In this document: piece after piece, positions 1-16,320 of the stretch
How the letters are laid out: each line of letters starts with the position of its first letter
How positions within the stretch are numbered: position 1 is the stretch's first letter
Source of the DNA: Vicugna vicugna
Lineage: Eukaryota
Assembly (NCBI GenBank): GCA_013265495.1
Contig: MU058636.1
Location: 4,685,741-4,749,740, forward strand
Direction: 5' to 3'
Length of the DNA stretch: 64,000 bases
Made by a program: the position numbers and the translations under genes
The notes under the pieces: model-generated
The model's database searches: none
What the model saw: only the letters and a program-made list of their open reading frames with translations
Told to the model about the DNA's origin: nothing

Positions 1-229
1 TAGAGTGGGGATTTACAAAGCAAAACCAAACACAACATACTATAGACAAGACAGATAAAAAATAGCCAAAAAATTTGGATAGCTCAAATGATTTAATCTG
101 TGGTTCACATGGACTGAGTGTACAAAAAGTTTGAGAATTGTCTACTGTTTATAAACATTTGTTAACTATTTATTGAATATCCCGTTTCAACTATAGTTGC
201 TTTCAAATCCGTACTAAAAACCTATGTGA

Positions 230-345
230 TAAAAATTATTATCTTCATATTATTTTAATAAGAAGCTGAGATACAGAGAAGTTACATGACTCCCTGAGAT
301 CACACAATAGATGGCAGAGATAATATGCAGACCCAGGGCTTCTTC
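230..345 (-). mobile_element. MIR fragment
   Basis: gaagctgagatacagagaagttacatgactccctgagatcacaca resembles the reverse MIR core. Confidence 0.55.
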
Positions 346-1012
346 TCATTTAACGTATCTGTCAAACATACCAGAACCATGGACTTTTTCTGGTTATTGA
401 GTAGGAGAAAAGGGATGGTCATGGGTATATATTTTCAGACCCACAGCCCACCCACCCGGAGATGTAGAATGCTAACTGTAGTATTCGCTTACCTATTTCT
501 TTGACTGCTTTGAAACATACTTTATTAAAAATATATTAATATACACATAATATTTACAATTCTGGTCACATTTACTCATAACATTATGTGTAACTTACTC
601 ATTGCCGTTCGGTGCTGGTATCCTCAAAAGTGGTATCGTTTCACTCAGTTAAGTAGTCTATTATCCAGGTATAATTTACTAACAGCGCCCTTGGGTCCAA
701 GTGTTTAGTAGTGGACCATTCATCAGCCTGTGCACGTGTGCGTGCATGCACCCACAGACACGCACACTCTTGTTTGCAGAAAGCATCAATTAAAACCCCA
801 GAGTAGAAAATAGCAGATGACCTTCTATTACCAAGTGCGCTGTAGTTTACACAGCAGTGCAGCAATTCCATAAGCAGAGAAAAGAGTATCAGTCTTGTTT
901 AATCACAGCCATAGTCAAAATCAAGTGTTTTTTCCAAAAAATTTAAATAACTAGACACTTCTGTATGCACACCTGACCTCATTAAGTGCATGGCCTGCAC
1001 ACTCCACCTTGA

Positions 1013-1228
<216 letters not shown>

Positions 1229-2668
1229 TAATGAGGGGTCGGGAGATAGGCCGCTGTTTTCAGGTCCATCTTTGAAAAAGTGACATCACTCTAAAACCAC
1301 ACAGATGGAGGAGTGGGCCAGAAGTTCCAGCAGAGCCTTGTTTCTCTTCTGAACTGTGTCTGCTGGAGTCTGCATACCAGGCAGACGCTGGTAGACATTG
1401 TCTAAGAGCCCACTTATGTCACACTTGAGGGGCAAGGAGATTTCCTAATACAGTAACCACGCAGCAGATGGAGGGAGGAGACAGTAGCACTCCGAGGTAA
1501 GCATGACGTTAATCATCTATAGAGCTGCCAGGATCTGCGAGTTCTGAGACTCAGCACAGAACGTCACTCTAGAAACCAAAGATAGGAGCCGTGGACGACC
1601 TGGAGGGGACCACTGTCTGCTCATCTAGTCCAAGGAATTATTTATAAATGGCAGTCAGAAACCAGAAACAATATGACGTATGATGGGAAAGGAATCAAAC
1701 TAATAATAAATCAAAATTATGAAAAACTGTGAGCCATCCTGTTTTTCCAGGTTTTCTGGTTCTTCTTGTGAACACTTGAGCTTGTAAGGTTTCTGAATCT
1801 CTAGTTCCCTGAGGTCCGGTATTTGTATAAACACACGCTTACCTGTGACCTGGGGTGTGCTGTTTTTCCTCCGTGAGTTAAGTCCTGGAAGTCTAGTCTA
1901 CATGTGTGTTTGTTACCTAGGACCTTACCTGATTTTTCTTTCTTCAACTAAGGTTATCAATGCAAAAAGTAAAAAGAGAGCGTTTTCTTTTTTCACTTGA
2001 TGATTTAGGGTGTTCTGTGCAGCACTCAGCTCAGTACAGGATTTAGTGTATAGGGTGCTCAGGAAGGGGGCTGCTGGTGCCTCCATGCAGGGTCCCTCAG
2101 AGACCTGACTGGTTTGTGCAGAAGAAGGGTACTGTCACCACTCACAGCTGTCAGTGCCACGTGCTGGGAAGGGCGTTCTCTGAAATTCTCACACCTGGCT
2201 CCATCCCGTTCCCACATTGTTAAAAAACAGATAAGAGAGATTGCGTCTTCAATTTGGTTCTACTGTGTCTGGCAAACTAATGAAGTGATCCTAATAAAAG
2301 CATTATCTCTGCAAATTCTACAATGTATAAATTGAGTCTGTGTCTAAATCTGTATTTTATTTAATTTGTTATATCATTCTATCTAACACTTACATAGCAC
2401 CTATTATAAGCTAAACACTGTCATGGTGAATTGAGAGGTTTTAATTTTGCAGGGTTTTAAGTTTGTAAAACATAAGAAAAAGTATGTCTGTCAATTAGCT
2501 GAATCTGTTTTGAGTATGCTCTTAAGCCTTATAAGACTGAAATTTACCAACAAATTAATAAGTAAAAATTTCAAAACATATGTTGCCCCTTTGGAGTTAG
2601 AATTGTGTATATCATTTTAAAAATGCAAAAGGATAGTTACATTTTTGATATTTTGTGTGTTTTCTTGA

Positions 2669-2860
<192 letters not shown>

Positions 2861-2904
2861 TAACTACACACCATTACGTCTGTCTATTTGTCTGTCTGTC
2901 TAGC

Positions 2905-2980
2905 TATACATACATATATATATATATACACACACACACATACATACATACAGATATACTTGTATATGTGTGTATATATA
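2905..2980. repeat. Compound (TA)n/(CA)n microsatellite
   Basis: tatacatacatatatatatatatacacacacacaca... Confidence 0.85.
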
Positions 2981-4089
2981 ATCCTGCATTTGGCATCAGT
3001 AGGAAAGGAAAATTCACAGGGGAGTTTTGAAGCTTTTTCAGATGTCCTAGCTGAATGATAGCTAATGCCCCATATACTTGCATTCCATTCTGTCAGATAA
3101 TCTCCCCCAAATCACTCTTCTTGCTTCATTTACTTAACTAGAATTAAACTGTGCCAATATTAATTTTATTTAAAGAAGGTCATGCATGAGAAAGAAATCT
3201 TATTCATTGACTGTGATTAGACTCAACTGTGAGAAACTGTCAGCCTTGCAAACTGGTTTTAAAAAAAATTTCGTGATAAATGTTTTGCCAACAGGTCCTG
3301 TGCCAGTGACCACTCAGTATTCCAAACACTGTGTGATTCTAATTTAGACTACAGCAGCATCATAATATTTAAGCCTTTAGCTGAATTCCATTCAGATTCA
3401 ACGTGGCCTGGGCTGATATGTGTGTGAAGTTGAAGTTTGGTTCCTCAGCACGATACAGCAGAGATCCCTGCCTTTGTTCACACAGCAGACTGACCATAGT
3501 AAATACCGCTTGCCAGCTCTCCTGGCTGCTCTGTTGATTGGCACATTTCACAGTTTGAAACATTCCAGATTAGCCACTTCTCCTTTCAACGTCAGGGGAT
3601 GCTTACTAAAAAACAAGACATACTGGTAAACCAAAATAGGAAAGGAGTTCCAGGAATAGGACTGTCATTTCTTGTTTTGAGTTTCTACTTCACAACTTCT
3701 TTGAAATATTAAGACCTCTTATACTGGTATTTCCCCCACTTAAAAGTCACATGGTAGCCCAAAGGAAGAAATTTACTGTTTGCATATGAACTGTTCATTT
3801 CTCTAAAAGGCTTGATTGTATGACGATACTAAAAATGAGAAGACAGTTGACTGCCTTACAGTGTATTCTCAAAGGATGCTTCAGGCTGCTTAGAGTCTAA
3901 ATCTTTTCACCTTGCCCAAGATGTTTTTACCCACTACCACTTCTTTGTACATTGCCGCTGTCTGCCTGTTCCCAGTGTAGTGCAGTAAAATGTATTCCAG
4001 GAAACACTCGTGTTAGTCAGGGTAGCAGGAACAACCCTCGCAGCTCAGAGACCTAACACAGTAGGCCGTTTCTGGATCATGTAACAGTT

Positions 4090-4450
4090 TCATGCGAACG
4101 TTTGGCCAGCAGCCTTCCACCCGGTGCTTCGGGGACCGTCCACCCTGCGGCCCTGCCACCCCCGAGGCGCAGAGCCCCCCACTTGACCCCCCGTGTCTGT
4201 CGGGCGGGCGGAGGAGGAGAGCGCGTGGAGGAGACGGGGGAGCTCACGTGCCGCCTCGAACGCGCGTTCCCGCGCTTTTCCCGCACTGCGTGGCCCGGGC
4301 TCAGGGGCCGCACCGACAGCAAGGAGGGCCGGACACGTAGGTGCACTGTGTAACGGGAGAAACACGATGCCACCTGTTACGCAGCTTTTCCCGAAGGATG
4401 TTGTCGCGGCGGGGGAGGGGTCTGCGGTCCGACTAGTACAGTTCTAGCGT
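4090..4450. promoter_or_regulatory. Intronic CpG/GC-rich island-like segment
   Basis: Dense CpGs, GGGCGG boxes (~4202-4212) and a CACGTG E-box (~4245) within an otherwise AT-rich intron. Confidence 0.5.
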
Positions 4451-5538
4451 TGTGATTTAAATCAGCCTCTGGTCATTGTCAGGGGACGTGACCCCTACGT
4501 GTAAAATGGCTTAAGTAGGAAAATACTGTTTTGAAAAGCAAAATAAAGATAAAAAAAACTATTTTGAAACATGATCTAGTCATAAGTGGTGAATTGCCTG
4601 TATGGCTTAAATCCTGTTTGCTACCCTGAATGTATCCAGTCCACGTTCCAGGACCCTTTGCGCTGCAGGAATATTTTCTTACATAGGGTGTGTGTCCCTA
4701 GGGTCAGACAGCCAAGCGGCAGCTGGGAACAGTGACACCGAATTGTCCCTCCTGGTCCACTTCCGTGGACAATCTGATGTGCCGCAGGGCCCGCAGATGG
4801 CGGAGACAGCCCAGATAGCCCAAATCCCTGTTTAGATCATGTCCTCTGACTCTTGTAGCCTGGTTTTCTCCCTGTAAAGAGGCACAGCCAGCGTATGGTT
4901 GAATGGCCCAGAATTCAATCGGGGGGCTTCCCCTTATGTTTTCATTTCGGTCTGATCAAATGGTTTTCTGATGACTGAGATTATTTTCGTGCCATTGGAA
5001 GAGCAAATACTCAGGCGAAAGTTTAAATGATGCCTGTCTCCTCTGCCGCGCCTGCGTCTCCGTATCGGCCCACTTGTGGACTGTGCTGAAGAGCAGCCTT
5101 TGGCCCGGGCTGACCAGACCCGGGAACCGCTTTCCTCTGCATACACAAGGACTCTGCAAATTTGCTTCTAACAAACTCTCGTAGGAAAAAAGGAGTGAAA
5201 GTCCCCCATGTAAAAAGCAGTACAGAAGGACAATGTCCAGCAATAGCAGGGTAATAAATAACAATGCATTTGTGAGCCCATATTGTATGTCAGGCACTGT
5301 ACTGAGCACTTTTTAAGTTGTGTGATTTTTCACAACTCTTTGAGATAGATGCCGTTATTCACAAGGTAAAGACAAGCAAAGAGGCTCACAGAGAACCAGT
5401 GTCTTTCCCAGAGTCCCAAATCCTTATTCACAACCGAGACCATCTTGTTCTAAAGCTTCTGACGTTTCTGCTACACGACACCTCCTTAAGATTTATTCAG
5501 ATTTGGTTTCTATTTTTAAATGGTTGATTTTTAAATAA

Positions 5539-5889
<351 letters not shown>

Positions 5890-6838
5890 TGAACAGCTTT
5901 CATTGTCCTCTTCCTCTCACCAATTACCCCAGCCATCTGGACATGTGTATTTTATTAACAGCATTCTAGAGGTTGACTTTCACTTTTACAAAAGTCACTG
6001 CAAGAAACATTGTTCTAGAATTCAGTGCACACCATCTTATTGAGCCAAAAACTAAAATCCTTCAGCAACTTCCTTTGTTGTTTTTGTTGTTGTTTTTATT
6101 TGGCAGAGTTGGGGGGAGTTATTTTGTATTGTTTCGTCTTTTGACTCCTACCCTAGGGTGCAGTTGTACAATCTCCCCGCCCAGAGACGGGATCTCCATT
6201 GTGTCTATGCAAAGCACCAGCCCTGGCTGTATGGCTAGCCTTCCGTAAACAGAGGAAAGCCAAAGAAATAACAGGCAGAATAGCTGCCACAAGAAGCCCC
6301 TGTGGACTGGGGGCCCCAGAGACTGAGGAGCTGGTCAGGTGGAAAGCCAGGGGCGTTACAAGCTCTGTAGCTGGGGTTGAGCCCCTCTTTTCCATCAGCA
6401 ACGTCCCTGCATCTCAGGGGGCCCGCACACCCGCAGGCTTCAGCTTCTTTTCCTCCTTCTGGCCGTCGGAGGTGCTGTTTAGAATGCCACTGAGACACAG
6501 CCCTTCTCACACTTCATCTCTTAAACTCTGGCTTTTGGACGTTGCCACTTGGTATTTCAAATACCCACCATCTCCCCTGGCAAGGGGCTTGCCACCTGTA
6601 GCCTCGCCCCCTCCCTGTCAGATTTCAGATGAGACTGATCAGTTGAAGACCATATACGTAGGGAAACAAATGTTCATGATGATCTGCTAACTCCTAAGCC
6701 ATCTGAATTTCCTCAGTGGCCCTGAGATTTTGTTTGTAGACTTTGTTAATTAAAGCTTCCATGACTATCTAGCTTTCAATGATATGACCATTATTTGAGT
6801 AAAGTTTGCATTAATTAAGTTTACCTTCCAGAAGTTAA

Positions 6839-6979
<141 letters not shown>

Positions 6980-8113
6980 TGAGAATCAGCTTGTTGACAT
7001 TTTGAGATCAAATACACTGTACTGAATATGTGAGAGATGCCTGAACTTTGGGCAAAGACTAAAGAACAAATCTAGCTTTTGAAGTCTGTTTATAGCCCAA
7101 GAAAGTATGTATGACATTTCCTTAAGTTAAAAAAAGGAAGTTAAAACACACACACATATATACACAGTATATGAGAATTTTAAAACATTGGAAAATAGAC
7201 ATTAAATGTTATTTCTAAATAATACAAATATTAATGATTTTTCATGTCCTATCTCTGAGTATTTTTTCAAATTTTATGAAATTATGCTATTTATTACATT
7301 TAGAGAAACAAAGTATTTTTTAAATGACTGTATACAAAACTCTTCTGTTCCATTACTATAAAATTAGATGGAATAAATGTTGATTCTACTTGAAGAAATT
7401 TCTACCTGAGGATTTCTTTTTTTATTTTTTAATTCTTTTTGCTTCTGCCAATACTTTATAACCCACTTAAAATCATTTACAATTTTGTTGTTCTATTTGT
7501 GTAATTAAGCTCATCTTGCTTGAAATTGAGTCAGTATATAACATTACATTGGGCCTTGTTTCATTTTTAAGTTGAACATTTTTATGGATCAGTAATTTTA
7601 GTGTGATTACTAACATCATGCATATTTTTCTGTATAGACCTTCAGATTTATCTAAATAAATATCTTTTCAGCCTAAAATACTTAGAAATCATTTTCATAA
7701 ATTTTTATAACTGCAAAAATTTCCTTTGACACAAACATTTACTGACTTTTTTCTTTCTAGGTATTTCTATATCTGTTCTTTTTTACCAATTAATAGAATA
7801 TTAACATTTGTACCTATAAGATACATTTTATTTTATAATTACTTTTGCCCAAATTCAAACAGAAAAATAAATGAAAGATCAGTAAACTATACAGCCACCT
7901 GCTTATTTCTTTAACTTTTCCATAAGTAGAAGTCCATATTCGGTTTTGTTGTTGTTTTTTTGGTGAGGGTGGTTCTGGTTAAGTTTTGTTCTCCATAGCT
8001 TTATGTTTAAGAAGGAATAAGGAAACATAAGCTCTAAAATATGGAAAAATGAATAGAAAGTAATATTTTCAAAGAATGATTTCCCTCCCTTATTGTTTGT
8101 TGGTGGATCTTAA

Positions 8114-8890
<777 letters not shown>

Positions 8891-9619
8891 TAGATCTTTG
8901 GGAATGGTTTGGTTTCTTCTTTGAAAATTCCATGTAAGTCTTAATTATGTTTATTATAGAAGATATTTTGAAGGCAGTAGCATAAAAGGGGCAGGAGTAA
9001 TACGCAAGGTATTAGTCATTTCTTTGTGCTTTCCAGAACAAACTTCAGATCGTGTTTGTTTATTCTGTCGTTCTAGTACAGACATTTTTTTCCCTTTTTT
9101 TCTTAACTCCTGAGTCTTTTATTTTTCTTAGTCTTTCCCTCTTGAAAATTTCCCTGGTTCCCGATTGTTTCGAATTAAGCCAAATCAACAAACCAGGTTT
9201 TTAATACCATGGCACATGGCCCAGAATTCTTTCCAAGAAGCTAAAGCTTAACACAGTGGGACTAATCTACTCCTCATCATTTTAGAGAATCTTTGGTTAC
9301 ATGAGTAAGACTTCAACTGATTGGCCCATGTCTTCTCAAACAGGTTTTACTTAAAGTACTTTTTTTTGATAAAAATTTCAAACTAGGGTTTTAGTTCATT
9401 TCAATCCATTTTTTAAAATCTGTGCCAATCATTCATATTTACAACTGTCCAGAGCAAGACAGCCACTGTATCTGAAAATGATAAATCTACTTCAGTGCCT
9501 CCTTTGAACCGGTTAGTTTAGATTTTATTTTAGTCAGATTACAGTGGCTTCAAGAGACTGCTTTTGCATCACCTCAGAATAAAATCTATAGTATGCCTTC
9601 CTACTGTTCGCGGTTATAA

Positions 9620-9763
<144 letters not shown>

Positions 9764-9953
9764 TGACCTACAGCTCCACCCTCAGACAGACCCATACCAG
9801 CCTTCAGGAAGGCTCCACTGATGTCAGGCAGGCATTACCGGGCCCAGGCAGAGCGACTGAGTTTCATAAAACCTGAAAATCACAACTGATACTGCTAGTA
9901 ATTCACACTCCTGGGGGGCTGAATCACATTGCCACACCATTAATGAGAAAGCA

Positions 9954-10100
9954 GGGGGAGGGGAAGGAGGAGGGTATAGCTCAGTGGTAGAGTGCATGGC
10001 TAGCATGCACGAGGTCCTAGGTTCAATCCCCAGTACCTCCAACAACAACAACAACAAAAACAGTAAATAAATAAACCTAATTACCTCCCTCTGCAAAAAA
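9954..10100 (+). mobile_element. tRNA-Ala-derived camelid SINE (vic-1-like)
   Basis: ggagggtatagctcagtggtagagtgcat...gttcaatccccagtacctcc with A/B boxes and A-rich tail; TSD agaaagca at 9946 and 10101. Confidence 0.85.
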
Positions 10101-10280
10101 AGAAAGCAAGCAAGCAAGCAGATGGAAAAAAATTGTGAAAATTAAATTACTAAGCACTTCTGCAGCTACCCAAAAAACGTATCCATGAGTTTTCCAGCCT
10201 GCCGAGGCTTACAGCAAAATTGCTAACACTTCTTCCTTGTCATCAGGCGATTTTATCCCTAATTGATTTTCTCCTTGTAA

Positions 10281-10499
<219 letters not shown>

Positions 10500-10539
10500 T
10501 AAAATACATATTTAGAACTGATAATAACATTCTTAATTA

Positions 10540-10745
10540 CATTTACTGAGCATCTATTATATATTATCATATGCTGTAGGAAAACATTTTAAATCCTCAT
10601 AGCAACTCAGTGACGTAGCTATTATCACAACAGGGGATCTGAAGCTCAGCCGGGTTAAATAATCTGTCACAATTTTAAGGTGACAGAGCCAGACTTTGAA
10701 CTTAGGTACAAAAGCTTAAACTCAATTTTTACTACATTAATACCT
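10540..10745 (-). mobile_element. MIR fragment
   Basis: aaatcctcatagcaactc...ctgaagctcagccgggttaaataatctgtc...cagagccagactttgaactt. Confidence 0.6.
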
Positions 10746-11494
10746 GTCTGCACATGGCAGAGACAAGGGAATTTTATCCTGATTATTCTGGGTCTTCAAA
10801 TCCTATTTAAAGAGTTACTGCGTGGCTTGATATGTTTAATGGTTGTTTGCTCTGAACTCATTAACCAAGCATATATTTTTGAAAAGAAAAATTTAATCTC
10901 CATCTTTTGTGTTTTGTTTTTAAAACTGGAATGGGATTTTTGTCCTCTTACAAATGTGTTCCCAGCATGTTTGTTACAAACCCCTACTCTGACGTCTGTG
11001 TACATTGGTGCTAGAAATAACACCGCATTGGGCAAGTGATGAAGTGTATTCTGTTTAGCACCTTCGGACCTCAGCTACTTTAATATACAAGGTCACAAAA
11101 TTTACGAGGCAAGTGATTAATAGCTGTTACCTTGTTTTTGCATTTTCAGCATTGCTTTTCCTTTCTGGAAATATGCATTTATGCCTCTTGCTAGGGCCTT
11201 TTCAGAAGTGATCAGGACAGTCCATGCTGATTTTTCTTTCAGTTATACCACCAATTCAGGGTACAGATAGGTTAAGAATCAGTCATTTTCTTAAAGGCTC
11301 CATCAGACTGAAAGCCTCGACCTGAAGAAGGTAGCTGCCCCATCCATTAACACTGATAGCTGATCTCACAGGATTTTTATTTGCAACACAAATCAGCAGT
11401 GTTGGGCTGTATTCAAACTGTCAGCAGCCAAGGATTCACTTGCTCTTTCCATACCCCCATCCCTAGCATTTAAAGAATCTCTTTTATATGGAAA

Positions 11495-12310
11495 AAAAGG
11501 AACCCTCCTATACTGTTGGTGGGAATGTAAATTGGTGCAGCCACTATGGAGGACAGTCTGGAGGTTCATAAAAAAACTAAAAATAGAGTTACCATATGAT
11601 CCAGCAACCCTACTCCTGGGCATATATCTGGGGAAAACTCTAACGTGAAAAGATACATGCACCCCAGTGTTCATAGCAGCACTGTTTACAATAGCCAGAA
11701 CATGGAAGCAACCTAAATGTCCAGCAGCATGTGACTGGATGAAGAAGATGCGGTTTGTGTATATGTATCTGTATCTATACATCTATGTATCTATATATAG
11801 ATACATTAGAATACTACTCAGCTATAAAAAGGAAATAATGCCATTTACCGCAACATGGATGGACCTAGAGATTATCATACTAAGTGAGGTAAATCAGAGA
11901 AAGACAAACATCATATATCACTTACAAATGGAATCTAAAAAAAAAAAATGAAACAAATGAACTTATTTACAAACCAGAAATAGACTCACAGACATAGAAA
12001 ACACACTATGGTTACCAAATGGGAAAAGAGGGGGAGAGATAAATTAGGAGTTTGGGATTAGCATTTACACAATACTTTATATACTACTGTATAGTGCAGG
12101 AAACTATATTCAATGCCTTGTAATAACCTGTAACGGAACAGAATCTGAAAAAGAATAACATATATACATATACACATAACTGGGTCACTTTGCTGCACAC
12201 CTGAAACTAACACAACCTTGTGAATCAACTATACTTCAATAAAAATTTAAAAAACCAAAAACAACCCCCCTCCCAGAAAAAAAGAGAGAGAGAGAGAGAG
12301 AAAGAAAGGA
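11495..12310 (+). mobile_element. 5'-truncated LINE-1 (ORF2 C-terminus, 3'UTR, A/GA tail)
   Basis: Translates to [19 protein letters not shown] and TWMDLEIIILSEV; ends tatacttcaataaaaa. Confidence 0.9.
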
Positions 12311-12594
12311 AGAACCTCTCTTAAGTGCCGCCCTGCTGCCTTTGATAATCAGCTTGGTCATATCTGTCCCTGTGAGATCGCTAAGCAAGCACACACGCCA
12401 TAGCACACAGGAAGCACCTGGAGAAACAATGTAAATGTCCTGCTTACGGAGGCAGCCAGTGCCTGTTCTAAAACAAGGTGAGATGCAGCATTGTAAACTG
12501 ACTATACTTCAGTTTTTTTAAAAAAGTGAAATGGGAGATAGCAAGGAGGCAAAATTTGTTTGATTCACTAGACATAAATTTTTTTTTAATTATA

Positions 12595-12965
12595 CATGGG
12601 TTGTGGTCTGTACATATGATGGAATATTATTCAGGCTTTAAAAAGTATTGAAGTACTGACTCATGCTACAGCATAGATGAACCTTGAAAACACTACGCTA
12701 AGTGAAGTAAGCCAGACGCAAGAGGGCAAATATTATATGATTCCACTTATATGAGGTACATAGAAGAGGCAAACTGAGAGCCACTTTTTCACAGTTAGAG
12801 AGTTTCAGTTTGGGGCAATGAACAGGTTCTGGAAATGAACAGTGGTGATGGTAGCACAAAAGTGTGAATGTACTTAATGCCGTTGAACTGCACATGTAAA
12901 AATAGTTAAAATGGCAAATTTTTAATTGTATATATCTTTACCACAATAGAAAAATAAATTAAATT
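12595..12965 (+). mobile_element. Older L1 3' end (L1MB-like)
   Basis: atggaatattattcag...gatgaaccttgaaaac...ctaagtgaa...tggtgatggt motifs typical of ancient mammalian L1 3' ends. Confidence 0.7.
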
Positions 12966-13199
12966 TAAATGGATTACCTAATTTGTTCTATTCAGCCCTT
13001 ATCACCAACTATCACCAAAAATTTTATTATAAAGTTACCTTCTCACTGTATACAGTACAAATTAACTCCTATTTCAGTTACTCACATGTTCTTTCAGGTG
13101 GTGGCCAGGTACCCACACATAATTTTCGGTAGCCGTGGTCGCTGTTTTGAACCTGCTCTGCTCGCTTCACGGGCACTTCGTGTATGTTTGTGTATGTGT

Positions 13200-14520
13200 T
13201 GACGTAGCTCACATAGTGTCATCTTCAGTAACTGTGGAATTCTGTCAAAGTAACACCACTTGCTTAACCATCTCCCTTTTGTTGCTTATATTCATAACTT
13301 TTTTCTATTGCAAAGGGTCCTTTGATGTAGACTTTTTATCAGATCATATTCAGATCATTTCTTCTGGTGGCATTTCCCAAAGTAACTGTCCAGGTAAAGC
13401 TCACGGACACGTAGCTACGTCACTTAGCTCTTCTACACATTAGGGAAATTGGTTTCTACAGAGACTTTCCCAGTTTACAACACTACAAGGTATAAATATT
13501 TATGTTTTCCTATATCCCCACTAAATTTTGTCATTCAGTTTATTCATTATTTTCAGGTTCATATTTTTATTGAAATTTTAAAATTATTCGCTTTGGGTAT
13601 TTCCTTTCTAGTGAAGATGTTCATTTTTCCATGCAGTGGATTTGTGTGGCTATTCATTTCCTCATGTGTTAACGATTCAGTTATTTCTTTTGGCCACTTT
13701 TAGTGTAGAATTTTCAGCATTTATTTGAGTCTTTCTATTAATTCTTTATTTTGAACTTTTTTCATTATGTCTGTCACATAAATTTTCTCATTATTTTGCT
13801 TTCCTTTTTGAAAATATCATTGAATTTCTCCTGATTATAAAAGCAGTATATGCTCTTAACAGAAAATCTGGAACGTACGGAAAAGTTAAAGAAAAAAAAG
13901 AAAAAAGAAAATTTTTCCGAAATAATTATATTATCTAGAGAGAAACATTATTAACATTTTGTTGGGTTTTCTTCCAGTGTTATTTCTATATAACACACAC
14001 CCATTCATACCAATGTAATCATCATCTATTATATAGAAATTGTTTATCCTTCCTCTTAACACTTAATATTATATGATATGCTTTACTATCTTTAAAAATG
14101 TCATTCTACTGATTACATAATATTTCATCATACCATTTACCATAATTTATGTATCCATTTACCTAGTGTTAAACATTTAGGTTACTTACAGAACTTTCTT
14201 GTTTTGTGTGGGTTTTTTTTTTCTTTTACCATTATAAGTAATACCTTGGTAGTTACTATTTCAAAAGATATGAACCCTGTTAGTACTCTTGAACTCAGTT
14301 GCCAAATTATCCAGTTTACATCTCCACTGCTGTGTAAGAATACTCTTATATCCTCACCAATACAATCATCAATTTCTAATCTTTGCCAATTTGATAATGA
14401 TAAATTATACCTTTTTTCATTTGTAATTTTCAATAATTAGTGGTGTTTGATGCTTTCCTTTTGAGGTTTATTTTGTTGTATTCCATTGTGTGAATATTGT
14501 ATTTATATATTTAGACATGC
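13200..14520 (-). mobile_element. Highly decayed antisense L1 relics
   Basis: T-rich blocks resembling reverse-strand old L1 (e.g. catttaggtt...ttttcttttaccattataagtaatac, ttgccaaatt). Confidence 0.4.
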
Positions 14521-14660
14521 CAAATTGCCTTTGAAAACATCCCCATTTCTTCAATAAGATTGAAGTTAGGATTTTCTTTTCCCTCCAAAGGAAAAGTGCA
14601 ATCATAAAGGCACTGGGAAGGCTTGGGGCATCCGTGTGAAAACCTGGTGTCAGACTCTGA

Positions 14661-14831
<171 letters not shown>

Positions 14832-15829
14832 TGAATCAGGATGTTTCCAGAGAGTCATTCCACAAAGACTGAGTGAGGCTTTGCATGGGACAGGCACTTG
14901 GCCACAGAGCTCCGTGGGTACCAGGCCACGTGTTCATCCACTGAGATGCATGACATGCTGAGAGCGGTCCAGACGGTGGCTGACCACACCCTGAGTGGTG
15001 TCCTGAGGAGGAGGATGGGGCCAGGCCCCAGCGCGTTCCTGAGCCTTCAGAGGACACAGCTCTGCCTCTTGGGCTCTTGAAAGCACACTCCTGGCCAGGA
15101 GGGCAGGGGCAGTGTCTTGTTTGTACGGTCCCATTTCACAGGAGGAGGAGGAAGCACCTCGTGTGAGCCTGGTTCTAGGCCAGGTGTTTCCAATGCGAAG
15201 GTTCATTCAGAGGTTAAAACTGTCACTAGACCTGAAGGATCTAAGCTTAAGAAACTGGCATAAATGTACTTGAAAATACTCCAACAAGCGAGCATAGGGT
15301 ACTTGGTGAGTTTTGAGGGCAATGCTAGGTTTTCTCTGGTTAAACTCATTGACAAAGTTGTATAATTTTAGACATTTTTTCCATCCTCACTTCACCAATC
15401 ACATTACTTGCAGAAATTAATGCTGAAAGTAATTTTCAAGCTTTTTTTTTTTCATTTTTCAAGTGGCATTGCTCCAATAACAGTGGTACCATGTACTGGT
15501 AGGTTTTCATTATCACTTTCTCACTTTACACTCACAGGAGGCAGAGAGTCCGTTCGCATCTTCCTACTAATCATGTGCCCCTGGTTTTAAAAAAAAAAGT
15601 TGTTTTTTCAGGCTGCCTCTTCTGTCTGAGGCCTATGGGCCATCCCTGGTTCTCCGTATCTTATGATCTCATGAATGGTGGCTCATTTCATATTCAAACT
15701 GTGACTTCCCATGTGCAGAATTCAACAGTGAAGGAAATGTGTTTTATTTCATGTGCTTTTATTTCAAGGCCTAGGCAAATAATAACTTTTTTCACGCTAG
15801 TTTATCTATGTTCAATATTTTTGTGGGAG

Positions 15830-16320
15830 AAGTACTTCCGTCCGCCTGGGGGTTTGTCAGGGATACAAAGATGGTAAAACAAAGTGAGACCTACAGGAAG
15901 AGTAGGTGTTTGCTAAGACGAGGAGAGGAAGGGCCTTCCAGGATGAGGGACTAGCATGAGCAGAGGCACAGAGGCTGAGAGACCTTGCCTGGTTTGGGGG
16001 ACTCCAGGAGCAGCCTGAGGGAGATGACCCCTGGAGGCCTTTCTGGAAGAGTGTGGGCTCCACCCTGTCCACCAGAGGGAGTCCTTGCAGGAGTTTAGGC
16101 AGGGAAGTGGCTTGGGCTGAAGAGTTCTAGAAAGATCACTGTAGTTGGAGTGGGTGTGATGGGCCTCGGGAGAGGCTGCAAACAGGGAAACCAGTTAAAA
16201 GGCCACTGAAATAGTTCAGGTCGAGACCAGAGAGGATTCGACTGAGCCAGGGCCAGCAGGCACGGAGCGTCGGGACAGCTTCTCAGGAGAGAGGGAGAGG
16301 GCTAAGAATGGCTCCCAGCC
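15830..16320 (-). mobile_element. L2 relic
   Basis: Purine-rich block (ggatacaaagatgg...ggagtttaggcagggaagtg...gaaagatcact...ggaaaccagtta) typical of antisense L2. Confidence 0.5.

Noticed and set aside
1454..1496. Cryptic 43-nt exon (cag|TAACC...CCGAG|gtaagc)
   Set aside because: Strong donor but weak acceptor, frameshifting with a stop, and no other support.
4077..4447. Cluster of five overlapping ORFs
   Set aside because: Stop-codon scarcity in CpG/GC-rich DNA; low-complexity Arg/Pro/Gly translations.
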